Shown here in pieces: positions 49,292 through 60,126 of a stretch of DNA of 64,000 nt (positions within the stretch are counted from its first letter, which is position 1; every line of letters starts with the position of its first letter). Origin of the DNA: an uncultured delta proteobacterium (GTDB lineage Bacteria; Desulfobacterota; Binatia; UBA9968). The translations under genes and the position numbers were made by a program. Where the stretch lies: NCBI GenBank assembly GCA_963804165.1, contig CAWDPO010000014.1:1-64000 (forward strand), read 5' to 3'. The notes beneath the pieces were generated by a model that was given only the letters and a program-made list of their open reading frames with translations, had not been told where the DNA came from and searched no databases.

Positions 49292-50900
49292 TCACGTGAA
49301 GTGTCTTCTTTCTACCAGCGGCAACGAGATGCTGCCGGCGCTGAGCAGTTTATCGTGGAACTCGCATAAGTTGAATTTGCTGCCCAGCCGCCGTTCCTCA
49401 TGGTCGCGCAGGCGGTTGATGATCGACCAGCCGAGCGCGTAGCCCATCGGCACCGACGGCGACTGGCTGTACCAGTTTAAATCGCCGCAGGCTTGCGCAC
49501 GCGGAAAGTGCAACTCGCGCACCATCAAGTCGGCGGCTTCGTCGTAGCTCATGCGGCCCGTTTGAGTTTTTACGTCGATAATGATTCTCAGCGCGCGCCA
49601 GAGGCGATCCTTGAGCATGACGAAGCGATGTTCTTTGCTCTTAAGAAAACCTTGCTCCTGCATGAGCTGCTCACAGTAGAGCGCCCAGCCTTCGTAGAAA
49701 ACGGAGGATTCATTCATTAGCCGGGGCAGAGTCGAAGCAGCAGGGGTGCAATTGGCAATGGAAAACTGCAGGTGGTGCCCGGGGTAACTTTCGTGCACGG
49801 AAGTGTTTTCCAGGCCGACCCAGTTGTGCTCGCGCAGCAAGTCATCGTCCGTGACGGGTGTGACGTAATAATAACCGACCTGATCCGGGTCCTTCGGTGA
49901 TGGCGATAAGTAGGCGGCGAACGGGATTTCATGGCGGCGAAACTCCGGCGTGTGGACCACGTGCAGTCTTTCTTTGGGCGGAAAGGAAACCAGGTTCCTT
50001 TCTTTGACGAACGTCACGCGCCGCTTCCATCGCTTCTTGATACGCCGGGAGAATCTGAGCGATCGTCGGATGGTGGTCTTGTATCTTCCGCGCCGCTGCC
50101 TCGACGCCTTTGCCGGGAGCCAACTCGTCGGCGAGCGATACGAGTTCTTGCTTGGTCCTGGTAAAAAGACTTTCGCCCCACGCGAGCAAGCTGACGGCGT
50201 CGTGATCGAGATAGTGTTTTTTCTTCAGCAGCAGATTGTAGTGCTCCGTGCCGACCGCGTAGACGCCGTGGCTGCGCGGCAGCAGGTCGCTCTCGAGAAA
50301 AGACGCAAACTCGCCGACCGCGCCTTTCGCATCATCGAGCGCGTTTTTGAGCGCGTTCGGATCGATGCCCGCGATTTGTACTTTGGGGTGGGTCGGCAAG
50401 GTTTCCAAAAAACCGACAGCGCCCTTGGCGCCCTCGATTGCCATCTCCGTCCAAAGCCTCGGCGGGTTGGCATCTTTGCGGCTCAGATTATCGATGCCTT
50501 GCCGAATGAGAGCCGGCGTTCGGTTCAGGCGGTTCAAAAGATTGCCTGCCAAGTCGTTCGTTGCACGAACCGTGAGGATATAGATGGCGTCGATGGGCGA
50601 ATAGGTGTCGGGCCACTTTAGCCGATAATCTTCTTTGGCATGCTCGAACTTCTGAATCGTGAGTTTTCCCTCGAGCAAGACACAATCGATGGCCTCGTCT
50701 TGGTCGAGGTTATCGGTCGCAAGTTGCCGCAACCGCTGCAGCGATTCGTCGACGAACGCCGTTTCTGCGCGATAACTCTCGTCGGAGTAATCGTTCAGTA
50801 AATGATCGTAGCCTTGGATGCCGTAATAGATAGCGTCGGTGGGGTGAAGCTCGAAATATTTCTTAAAGTAAGCAGCGCAAAATTCGGTAAACTGGGACAT
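49292..50900 (-). CDS. DUF885 family protein (frameshift near 50015)
   Basis: P..A...G...Y..L.DYS N-terminus; HESYPGHHLQ, FYEGWALYCE, LWRA.R...D, FHD.LL..G. Confidence 0.85.
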
Positions 50901-51153
50901 TCGATGTCATTATCACCTTACGGTAGAGGCTGCAATTTTAGCGCGGGGCCTGCGCGGAAATTTATCCTCCGCAAAAAGTCGAAGGCAAAGGAAATCATCC
51001 GCGCCCCAAGAAGACGTAGAGTCATCGTGGCGCGACCTGGACGCCGCAGGCAGCAAGTCAAATTCCACGGCAGCTAAATCCAATAAATTCAGCTGCCGCA
51101 TTACCGTACTACGGGCTCGCTCTGTCCGAGCGCGGTGGACCAACGTCTTCGTG

Positions 51154-51706
51154 CTACGCGGGGTTTTCGCTCGGCACGGGGTGATGAAACGCCAGCACGC
51201 GTTTTCCCGACCTCGGAGTTTCGTCGTCCATCGGTGGCGCCAGCAGCACCGGGTAGGGTATCTTCTCGATCATTCGAAGCAGCTTTCGGTTTGCCAAGTT
51301 AGGAAAGAGGAAGCGATTACGAAGTTCGAGGACAATAAGATCGATGTTTTCCTCACGGGCGACGGCAATAATTTCTTCACGGGCCGTGCCGAGCCGCACT
51401 AACCGTTTGAGTTTTACCTGTCGCCGTATCGCGCACGGTTCGATCGATGAAATTCCATAAGTCGAGGGCTCGTTCGCGGAGCAAAGCATCGATCGGACGA
51501 AACGGCGGCTCGGCCCCAAAAAAAGGCCAGCCCTCCGGTGGCATAATGAAGGGCAGAAGCCCATCATCTCCTGTGAGCTTGTCAACGACATGCAGTGCGA
51601 TGATTTCTGCGTTGATCTGTTTTGCCAGGGAAGAAGCATATTTCAGCGCTTTCTCTGACTCCGAGGAAAAATCGATCGGCACTAATAGCTTTTTTACGTT
51701 ACCCAT
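51154..51706 (-). CDS. Universal stress protein (frameshift near 51410)
   Basis: KKLLVPIDFS..S..AL.YA, LHVV; second frame G...EEII..A....IDLIV...PYPVL. Confidence 0.82.
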
Positions 51707-51824
51707 GATTCCTCCGATTCGTGATTATCGGCAACACTTGATAATGCGAAATCGCGCCGGTTATCGGCGCAATCGAGGCGGCATTTGTTGTTCTCAAACC
51801 GCGCGACCTTGTTTTAAAATAACC

Positions 51825-51839
51825 GCAATTGCTATGCCA
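51825..51839 (-). promoter_or_regulatory. Sigma54 (-24/-12) promoter of the usp gene
   Basis: Minus strand TGGCATAGCAATTGC matches TGGCAC-N5-TTGC with correct GG-N10-GC spacing, ~120 bp upstream of the usp start. Confidence 0.65.
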
Positions 51840-51898
51840 CGGACCGGCGCCAGAATTGAGCGTCAAATCGCGGCCTAACCTTCTTTCTGTTCGAATAG

Positions 51899-51919
51899 TG
51901 CCTGTTTCTCGAACAGGCA
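51899..51919. promoter_or_regulatory. Perfect inverted repeat, candidate enhancer-binding-protein site
   Basis: TGCCTGTT-N5-AACAGGCA, 60-80 bp upstream of the sigma54 motif. Confidence 0.45.
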
Positions 51920-52238
51920 GTGCTTAAAGAGTAAACATTTTCGCCGCTGAGGACGGTGCCAGTCGCCGAACAACGTTTGAGGATGAATAGAAATGCTGTA
52001 GGGAGTTGACGCGGTGCTGTAGGGTTAACGATGAAGCGGATGTTACAGGGAGGTAACGGTACGACGCGCTGCGAATCTGTCAGTCAGATTCAGAAAGTTG
52101 ATCGCCTGGAATTTTTACATAAACGTGTCACGGCGGCGCCATCAGGTCGCTCGACGATTGCCGTTGCCAGCGACGAAAATTAAAAGATTGCACGGATCGT
52201 TCGACATCGCGTTGCGCGTTCGCACCGTGGTTTAAATT

Positions 52239-53102
52239 CTAACTCCGGCCGGCAAGCTTGCGTCCCTGTTCGAGAACACCGAAGGAGCGCGGCGCCGAGG
52301 GCATGAGAAATCGATAGCCGTCCGCTACCAGCCGCTCGATGTTTTTCCCGTCGGGGTGAGGGTGGCCGCAGGGCACGTTGTGTTCTTTGCAGATTGCGAG
52401 AATGCGATTGATCTCCTTGGCGACGACGGGGTGCTCATAGTCGCGCGGATGACCCAGCTCCTGGCTCAGATCGCCTTCGCCGATCAAGACCACGCCGATG
52501 CCCGGAACCTCTTTGAGAATCTTCGGCAGGTTTTCGATGGCGCGAGTCTCTTCGCATTGGATGACAACGAGAACTTCTCCGTCCGGCGCCAGCGGCCAGA
52601 CGTCGGCGCGTTTGTAATATTCCTGCTGCGTCAGACCCCAATAACGCGCTGCGCGCGCGGGAGCATCGCCGCGAATACCCGGCGGATTATAATTCGACGC
52701 GGTAGACAAGCGCGGATAACGGCAGGCACCCACGGCGTTCCAGGCTTCTTCGACTGAGCTTACATGTGGGAAGATAATTCCGAAGACGCCGATGTCGAGC
52801 ACCTGCTTGGCGATCCAACTATTCATCTCTATACCGTTGGGCGGGACGCGAACCATCGGCGTGACTGCGGGAGTGAGCGTCGCGCGATCGACGATCTGGC
52901 GGCGGTCGAGCATGAACTGCAATGCTTGGCGCAGCCCGGGAAAATCGAGGGGCGCGTGCTCCATTTCGAAGGCGACGCCGTCGAGTTTGGAGCTTGCCAT
53001 AGCCACGGCGCTCTCGATATCCACCGGAGTGAAGGCGACGAAAGCGGTCTGGCCTTGTTCCAAGGCTTTGATTACGCCGTTGAGGCGGGGTATGTCTGGC
53101 AT
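52239..53102 (-). CDS. HpcH/HpaI aldolase/citrate lyase family
   Basis: FEMEH, MVRVP, KQVLD.G..GI.FPHV, CRYP, QCE...AIENL..I, IGEGDLS. Confidence 0.88.
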   Translation of the reverse strand: MPDIPRLNGVIKALEQGQTAFVAFTPVDIESAVAMASSKLDGVAFEMEHAPLDFPGLRQALQFMLDRRQIVDRATLTPAVTPMVRVPPNGIEMNSWIAKQVLDIGVFGIIFPHVSSVEEAWNAVGACRYPRLSTASNYNPPGIRGDAPARAARYWGLTQQEYYKRADVWPLAPDGEVLVVIQCEETRAIENLPKILKEVPGIGVVLIGEGDLSQELGHPRDYEHPVVAKEINRILAICKEHNVPCGHPHPDGKNIERLVADGYRFLMPSAPRSFGVLEQGRKLAGRS

Positions 53103-53120
53103 ATGTTAACTCCTTTACCG

Positions 53121-53355
53121 ATCGTTCAAGACGTTCAAAATGTTCAAGCCATTCAAATCGTGGAAAATCAAGAGCGGCCAGGAACAAAGTTTTGAACATT
53201 TCTTTGAAGATTGCTATAGCAAAGCGATTCGAAGCTGACAATCGGCGCGGCGTGGCGCAGGATTCGGGGTCCTAAACTTCGTTCTCCAGACGGCTTGAAC
53301 CCTTCGACTCCGCTCAGGGCAGGCTCCGCGCGGCGGTTGAACGGCTTGAACGAAT
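53121..53355. repeat. Composite intergenic repeats (9-bp GTTCAA units plus CCCTTCGACTCCGCTCAGGGCAGGC element)
   Basis: CGTTCAAGA CGTTCAAAA TGTTCAAGC CATTCAAAT; later TTGAAC units interrupted by the element at 53300-53324. Confidence 0.6.
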
Positions 53356-53374
53356 CTAACTCTTAGGAGGTTCT

Positions 53375-54379
53375 ATGATCATCGACGCTCACACTCATTT
53401 CACCACGGCGCCTGCGCAACTTCAGGCTTACCGCGGGCAGCAAATCACCAACCTCGCTAAGCCGGTGCGCGCTAAGCTCAATATCAGCGACGAGGAGGTC
53501 GCGCGCTCGATGCAGGGACAGCTCAAACGCATGCAGGAGTGCGGCATCGACCGGCTGATGTTTTCGCCGCAGGCCGGCGCGATGGGACATCACTTCGGTT
53601 CGCCCCTGGTGAGCCGTTACTGGACCGAGGCGTGCAACGATTTGATCGCGCGGATCGCCAAGCTTTTTCCGGATAAGATCTCGCCGGTCTGCCAGCTGCC
53701 CCAGTCGCCGGGAGTCGGGCCGAACGAGTGGGCCGACGAACTCGATCGCTGCGTTAACGACTTGGGCTTCGTCGGCTGCAACGTCAATCCCGATATGGCG
53801 GGGGGGCGGGAGCCGTTGACGCCATCCATGGGCAGCGAGTGGTGGTATCCGCTGTGGGAGAAGCTAGTCAAACTCGACGTGCCGTGCACGGTTCACGCCA
53901 GCGCCTCGCTCAATCCGGCGATGCATCTGACCAACGCCTATTACATCGCGCACCATAATTCCGCCGCTGTGGAGATTCTCAAGTCGCGCGTGTTCAAGGA
54001 TTTTCCAAAACTGAAAATCATCATTCCGCACGGCGGCGGCGCGATTCCCTTTCAATGGAACCGCCAGCGCGGCATGCACGTGAAAGAAGGCCTCGAGCCG
54101 TTCGAGGAAGCGGCGCGGCGTGTCTACTGGGACATGGCGATCTACGACAAGGAATCGATGGAGCTTTTGATCAAGCGGATCGGCGCCGACAACGTGCTCT
54201 TCGCCACCGAGATGTTCGGCGCCGTCAACGCCATCGATCCCAAGACCGGCAGAAACTTCGAAGACCTCGTGCCGATCTTCAAGTCCATCGACTGGCTTAC
54301 CGAAGAGGAACGCCTCAAGATCACCGAAGGGAATGCCAAAAGAGTTTTCTCGCGCATGTCGGCGTCGACTAAAGCGTAA
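53375..54379 (+). CDS. ligJ: Amidohydrolase, 4-oxalomesaconate hydratase LigJ-like
   Basis: MIID.H.H.T, FSP.A.AM.HH.G, LPQSP, GCN.NPD..GG, IPHGGGA.P, LFA.EM.GAV..IDP.TG. Confidence 0.78.
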   Translation: MIIDAHTHFTTAPAQLQAYRGQQITNLAKPVRAKLNISDEEVARSMQGQLKRMQECGIDRLMFSPQAGAMGHHFGSPLVSRYWTEACNDLIARIAKLFPDKISPVCQLPQSPGVGPNEWADELDRCVNDLGFVGCNVNPDMAGGREPLTPSMGSEWWYPLWEKLVKLDVPCTVHASASLNPAMHLTNAYYIAHHNSAAVEILKSRVFKDFPKLKIIIPHGGGAIPFQWNRQRGMHVKEGLEPFEEAARRVYWDMAIYDKESMELLIKRIGADNVLFATEMFGAVNAIDPKTGRNFEDLVPIFKSIDWLTEEERLKITEGNAKRVFSRMSASTKA

Positions 54380-54590
54380 ATGACGATTGGTGCGGTGAAT
54401 CGGCAAGCCGGATCGGCCAACACGTTGGTCGAAGCCAAATTATTCAGTCAGAAAAGTTTGGTGTGAACGACGTTTGGCTGATTTCAGCTTGTCACCGCGA
54501 GGACACAATCACACTGCGAGCAATTGCGGATGTCTGAGAAATGCCACGTGATCGACTTCAGCGCCGCGGCTTTCAACTCGCTCGATATCG

Positions 54591-55382
54591 TTATTTCGAC
54601 CTTTTCATCGGCAGGCGGTCCGGCACCACGTTGGTCACCGCGGGAGATTTCTCCAGGACCCTCAATGCGTCGACCCCCACTCGCAGCGCGATGCCGGGAA
54701 TACTTCTATAAAGTCGCATTACCCTGTAACGCGTACCGGTCAGTTCCGCCAAAATATAACCCTGAGCGTCATGGATCGCGGTTCGCTGTAACGCGAGCAG
54801 ATTCTCGTTCAATAATTCCTCCCGCTGCCATGGAGTCCGTAATCCGGCGATGACGAGAACGGTACCGTGGGTTGTGGCGTGTTTGAAGAGATCGAACGGC
54901 ACTTTCTCAGATGTGCCGGTTTCGCTGTTGGCTGCGGTGGCTTCTCCCTGTGCGAGCCGATAATTGCCGCCGTCGGCCGAACTCGACGGTGGGCGATCGA
55001 GCAGGACATTGGTCACAATCGGCAACCTCGCCAACTCGGCCAAGGCATCGGCGCCTACTTCCAAGGCGATGCCCGGAACTTCGTGATAGCGCCGTAGAAT
55101 CTTATAGTTTTTTTTCTCCAACGTGATCAGGAGATCGCTTTGAATTGACGCGATCGCAGCACGCTGGGCGCGGAGCGCGTCGTCGCTCAGTCTTGATTCC
55201 ATCTCCCAGGGCACGTTTAAGCCTACGAGCACCAATACCGTGCCGTGAGCGGCGGCCTCGTCGATCACCTCGCGCGGGATTTTTTCTTGAGTTCGCGCCG
55301 TCGAAAAAGGCGCAGCGAGCAGTAGGAGGGCAACACAACAACTCATCCCTAAGAATCTTTGGCTCCGAACGGATAACTTCAT
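54591..55382 (-). CDS. Secreted protein of two tandem subtilase-propeptide (inhibitor I9-like) domains, no protease domain
   Basis: Signal peptide; two ~100-aa repeats GTVLV..GL..PW..E...QR.AI...Q...L..L....Y...R.Y...PGIAL.VG.DAL..L...P.VTNV..DR. Confidence 0.65.
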   Translation of the reverse strand: MKLSVRSQRFLGMSCCVALLLLAAPFSTARTQEKIPREVIDEAAAHGTVLVLVGLNVPWEMESRLSDDALRAQRAAIASIQSDLLITLEKKNYKILRRYHEVPGIALEVGADALAELARLPIVTNVLLDRPPSSSADGGNYRLAQGEATAANSETGTSEKVPFDLFKHATTHGTVLVIAGLRTPWQREELLNENLLALQRTAIHDAQGYILAELTGTRYRVMRLYRSIPGIALRVGVDALRVLEKSPAVTNVVPDRLPMKRSK

Positions 55383-55832
55383 AAGCACTCTCGATCCGAT
55401 GTTTCGGTCTGCCGATTTAAGGGAGACAAGCAAAGCAGCGCTTACCCGGAGATGATTGTATACCCCCGTGGCACAGGCTGTCTAGATATCTTTGAGCGAT
55501 GCTCTAAGGGAGAATGCGTGAAGCTCATGGGTGGAGATGCACGTCTTTTGCAGGATCACTTCCTGTGTCCCGCCAAGGCCGTTTCAGCGAGCCACGCGTT
55601 CTGAACGGCGACTTGAGCGTTGTTTACGTTGCTATGACGGCTTCCATGAGCCCGGGCCAACATGATCGCTTCGCTGCCACTTGGCCACTCTCGAGAAGTG
55701 TGGATTCTTCCATTAAGAATCTTGTTGAACGCCGGACTACGCTTTGATATTCGGGGATTCGGTGGGACTCAACGCGAAGCGCCGCGATTTCGCGATGCGC
55801 CGCGTCAAGTTACGCCATAGAGGTAATATATC

Positions 55833-56906
55833 ATGCCGACCATCGATGCTGACGCGCATGTCGTTGAATCGGAACGCACCTGGGACTACATCGACAAAGC
55901 CGATCAAAAATACCGCCCGTTGATTGTCAAGCCGCGCGGTGAGGGCGGCGGCGAATACTGGTACATCGACGGCAAGATCCGCGGCCTGGTGCGGATCGTT
56001 CTGACCGCCAAGAACGTCGAGGACGTAGCAAGACGCACCGGCCGCGACATGAATACCCCGCAAGAAACCCGCGAGATGGAGAACGTGGCGGCGCGGCTCA
56101 AGCACATGGACGAGCTCGGCATCGACATCCAGGTGCTTTACCCGACCATGTTCATCGAGCAAATCGCCGACAAGCCCGAGTGGGAAATTCCGATCAGCAG
56201 AGGCTACAACCGCTGGCTCGCTGACATTCACTCCCAGGGCCAGGGGCGGCTGCGTTGGATTTGCGTGCTGCCGTTGCTCGACATGAGCACTGCGCTCGAA
56301 GAGCTCAAGTTCTGCGCGGCGCATGGCGCCTGCGGCGTTTTCATGCGCGGCATCGAAGGCCAGCGCATGATCACCGATCCGTATTTCTATCCACTCTACG
56401 AAGAGATGAGCCGGCTTGATCTCGCCGTCGGTGTCCACGTCGGCAACGCCAACCCGTACGTCATCGATCTCGTGTCGCAGTACAACGGCGGCGGCAGCTT
56501 CTGGAAATTTCGCATTCCGGTGATCGGCGCGTTTCATTCGGTGGTCATGAGCGAGGTGCCTAAGTTATTTCCCAGACTGCGCTTTCACTGGGCCGAAGCC
56601 GCCGCCCAGTGGATCCCCTACGTCGTCAAAGATTTCCAACGCCGCTGGGGCGCGATCAATCGGCCGCTGCCGGAAAACCCCCTCAAAGAGTATCGCCAGT
56701 TCGTCTCGTGCCAAACCGACGATGACGTCGACTATGTTCTCAAATACTCCGGCGAAGAAAACCTCGTCATCGGCACCGACTACGGCCACAACGACCAATC
56801 GACGGAGATCGAAGCGCTGAGGAATTTGAAATCCCAAGGCGGTATCACAGTACGCCAGTACGAAAAAATTACCTATGATAATCCGAAGGTGTTGTTTGCG
56901 CTGTGA
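55833..56906 (+). CDS. Amidohydrolase_2 family protein (decarboxylase/hydratase type)
   Basis: IDADAHV.E, RL..MDELGID.QVLYPT, YNRWLA, VH.G, GTDYGH.D. Confidence 0.9.
   Translation: MPTIDADAHVVESERTWDYIDKADQKYRPLIVKPRGEGGGEYWYIDGKIRGLVRIVLTAKNVEDVARRTGRDMNTPQETREMENVAARLKHMDELGIDIQVLYPTMFIEQIADKPEWEIPISRGYNRWLADIHSQGQGRLRWICVLPLLDMSTALEELKFCAAHGACGVFMRGIEGQRMITDPYFYPLYEEMSRLDLAVGVHVGNANPYVIDLVSQYNGGGSFWKFRIPVIGAFHSVVMSEVPKLFPRLRFHWAEAAAQWIPYVVKDFQRRWGAINRPLPENPLKEYRQFVSCQTDDDVDYVLKYSGEENLVIGTDYGHNDQSTEIEALRNLKSQGGITVRQYEKITYDNPKVLFAL
56730..56906 (+). repeat. 177-bp direct repeat, copy 1 (3' end of amidohydrolase)
   Basis: Aligns without gaps to 57537-57713. Confidence 0.9.
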
Positions 56907-56989
56907 ACGTCACCCTCAGGTAAATTATTGATGTTGCTGATCAGCAGTTAGGCGTTACGCCAATAGCGAATTCTGGGCTAGAAGGGTAG

Positions 56990-57515
<526 letters not shown>

Positions 57516-57536
57516 CTTTGGGTCGAGAAGTTTGAT

Positions 57537-57713
57537 GACTACGTCATCAAACATTCCGGCGAAGAAAACCTCGTCATCGGCACCGACTACGGCCATAACG
57601 ACCAATCGACGGAGATCGAAGCGCTGCGGAATCTGAAATCTCAGGGCAGCATCACGCCGCGGCAGTATGAGAAGATTACGTATGATAATCCGAAGGAGCT
57701 GTTTGCGCTGTGA
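57537..57713 (+). pseudogene. 177-bp direct repeat, copy 2 (orphan 3' end of amidohydrolase)
   Basis: Encodes DYVIKHSGEENLVIGTDYGHNDQSTEIEALRNLKSQGSITPRQYEKITYDNPKELFAL*, with no 5' part. Confidence 0.88.
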
Positions 57714-57805
57714 AGAAAGGACGCTTTTGGCGGGTGTATCGATGATGCGCCAATTCGCCTCGCGCGATTGCCGATGCGGATCTAGATGCACAGGAGTCCT
57801 ACGTC

Positions 57806-58156
57806 ATGAAACAAACATACAAAGGTTCGTGTCACTGCGGTAAGATTCAGTTCGAAGTCGATGCCGATCTTGACCATGTTCGGGTGTGCGATTGCTCAAT
57901 ATGCCGTCGAAGAGGTGCACTCAATCACCGCGTCGAGGAGCAAGATTTCCGCCTGTTAACACCGTTAGAAGAACTTTCCCTGTATCAATGGCATACGAAA
58001 ACTGCCAAAGACTACTTTTGCCCTGACTGCGGTATTTTACCGTTTCGTCGTCCGCGAACGGTCCCGCAGCTATGGACGGTCAATGTTCGTTGTCTCGAAG
58101 GAGTCGATCTATCATCTATCCCCATCAAATATGTTTACGGAAGCCGACTCGATTAA
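57806..58156 (+). CDS. GFA/CENP-V family Zn protein
   Basis: GSCHCG, CDCSIC, FCPDCG, VNVRCL; AGGAG RBS. Confidence 0.92.
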   Translation: MKQTYKGSCHCGKIQFEVDADLDHVRVCDCSICRRRGALNHRVEEQDFRLLTPLEELSLYQWHTKTAKDYFCPDCGILPFRRPRTVPQLWTVNVRCLEGVDLSSIPIKYVYGSRLD

Positions 58157-58170
58157 GATTGTGAGGTGTT

Positions 58171-59229
58171 ATGAAATTACTTATGGCTAATATTGGCGCA
58201 GCGATCGCCATTGTTGGTTCTCTCAACGTCAACGGCGTCTTCGCGCAGCAGGCTCCGGGCAAAAGGAACTTCGAAGCGGAGATTCAGGTCGCTTTGCAGT
58301 CGGCCAAGACCGCTGCTGGGTTCGAATTCCAGGGCACTTTGGTCCGGACGTGTTTGTTGCCGCAGAGTGGCGGCGAAAACTTGAGCGACAACGTGCCAGG
58401 TTACGTCACGAATCCCGCTAGCGCGCCGGCGCGTGACACCTGGTACGCGGAACCCGCCAAGGTCTTTGACAATCTCTACTTCGTCGGTGGCAAGCTTCAC
58501 TCAGCCTGGGCTTTGACGACGAAGGAAGGGATCATCCTCATCGACACGATCTATCCCTACAACTCCGAGGAACTGGTCATCGGTGGGATGCAGAAGGTCG
58601 GCCTCGATCCGAAGAACATCAAGTATGTTCTTATCTCCCACGCTCATGGTGATCACATCGGCGGCGCCGAGATGCTGCAGACCCGGTATAGCGCGCGAAT
58701 CGTCATGGGCGGACCGGATTGGGAATGGGTTGAGAAGTATCCGAACCGGTACAAAACCATGGCGCCGAAACGCGACGTCGTCGCTACCGACGGCATGAAG
58801 ATAACGCTGGGTGAGACGACGGTAACCATCTGGCTTACCCCCGGCCATACGCCGGGCACGATGTCGTACACTTTTACCGTGTTGGACCGAGGCAAGCCGG
58901 TCAACATAGCGTATTCGGGTGGCACGGCGTTCAATTTTGTGAACAACACGCCCGACCCGGGCATTAAGAATTTCCAGACTTATATCGACTCGCAGAAGCA
59001 CATGGAAGCAAAAGCCGCCTCTACCAATGCCACCGTCCTGCTCTCGAACCACTCGGAGTTCGACAACGCGGTCAGCAAGAACAGAATGCTCGCCGGGCGC
59101 GGTAACGGTCCGCATCCATACGAACTCGGCGCTGCTTCGGTCCAGCGCTATTTCCAGGTCATGCAAGGTTGCGCCCGGGCCGCGCAGCTGAGGCTGGAGC
59201 AGAAACTGGTTGAAACAGCGATGCCGTAA
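58171..59229 (+). CDS. Secreted metallo-beta-lactamase-fold hydrolase (subclass B3-like)
   Basis: Signal peptide, P.KVFDNLYFVG, SHAHGDH.GG, TPGHTPG, SNH. Confidence 0.88.
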   Translation: MKLLMANIGAAIAIVGSLNVNGVFAQQAPGKRNFEAEIQVALQSAKTAAGFEFQGTLVRTCLLPQSGGENLSDNVPGYVTNPASAPARDTWYAEPAKVFDNLYFVGGKLHSAWALTTKEGIILIDTIYPYNSEELVIGGMQKVGLDPKNIKYVLISHAHGDHIGGAEMLQTRYSARIVMGGPDWEWVEKYPNRYKTMAPKRDVVATDGMKITLGETTVTIWLTPGHTPGTMSYTFTVLDRGKPVNIAYSGGTAFNFVNNTPDPGIKNFQTYIDSQKHMEAKAASTNATVLLSNHSEFDNAVSKNRMLAGRGNGPHPYELGAASVQRYFQVMQGCARAAQLRLEQKLVETAMP

Positions 59230-59233
59230 AAGG

Positions 59234-59267
59234 GCTGTCGCGGCACCGGTACCGGCTACGCGACAGC
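59234..59267. terminator. GC-rich hairpin between convergent genes
   Basis: GCTGTCGCG...CGCGACAGC 9-bp stem. Confidence 0.45.
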
Positions 59268-59270
59268 GCC

Positions 59271-59334
59271 GTAGCCCCGGATGAAGCTTGTCGCAATCCG
59301 GGTTCCTGGTTTTCGTTTCACTCCATCCAGGCTA
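59271..59334. repeat. REP-like inverted pair
   Basis: GTAGCCCCGGATGAAGC..GCAATCCGGG and inverted CCTGGTTTTCGTTTCACTCCATCCAGGCTA, with a GTAG end. Confidence 0.6.
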
Positions 59335-59348
59335 GATGACCGATCAAA

Positions 59349-59890
59349 TCAATCCAACGGCTGCTTTTCTCCCGGAACCGAAACATCAAAAGCGTTTAGC
59401 GTCATTGCAACCATCGAATAAAAGCCTACGGCGCTGACAAGCTCGACCATTTTCTGTTCGCCAAACAGAGCCATACCTCGAGTGAAATTCACTTCGGACA
59501 GCCTATGGGTCGTATTGAGTTCCATGGTGATGTTGTAGACCAGGCGTTCGTCGTCGCGGGTGAACGTGGGTGTGCGGCGCTCGCGGATGGCTTCGACGAT
59601 GTCCGGCGAGATACCGAGCTTGAGCGCGTGGGGTGCGTGGATGAACCAGGCAAACTGTGCTGTTGAGTGGCGAGCGCTAACTAAAATCATCAATTGTACC
59701 AAGCGTCGTTCGAGCTGAACGCGCGAGGCAAACATATCCGAAGCTTGAGCGTGTACTCGGCGAGTTCGGGATTGCGCAGCCAGACGGCGAACGGGCCGCG
59801 GATCTGGCCGCGCACGCGCTTGATTTCGTCATAGAGTCGGCGCTGGTCGGGAGAGAGTTTGGCTTCGTCGATCTCTGGCAAGCGGGGCAT
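59349..59890 (-). CDS. Carboxymuconolactone decarboxylase/AhpD-like protein (frameshift near 59740)
   Basis: MPRLP....L...QR..YD.I...RG..RGPF..WL..PELA, W..H...A...G, ELV..VGFY. Confidence 0.82.
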
Positions 59891-59921
59891 GGGTGCATCC
59901 AAAAATTTGTTCAACGAAGCA

Positions 59922-60040
59922 TGTCATTCTGAGGAGCTGGGCGGCGAAGAATCTGTTTTGTATTTTACGGTGACGATTACGACCTCCCTGTTGCACCCTC
60001 TGCAAAAAAGCAGATCCTTCGCCTCTGTCTCAGGATGACA
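59922..60040. repeat. MITE/REP-like element with terminal inverted repeats
   Basis: TGTCATTCTGAG..CGAAGAATCT ... AGATCCTTCG..CTCAGGATGACA. Confidence 0.7.
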
Positions 60041-60126
60041 GGTAGGAAATGCTCAAGACGACAGAAACAAAACGCTGAGGGGAAAGAAACCAAAGTCCAG
60101 GATCGTTCAGGCAACTTGCTCCACGG

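Noticed and set aside
55737-56537. Long antisense ORFs (also 24651-25556, 18274-19065, 41517-42218)
   Set aside because: Shadow frames of well-supported high-GC genes with no recognisable motifs.
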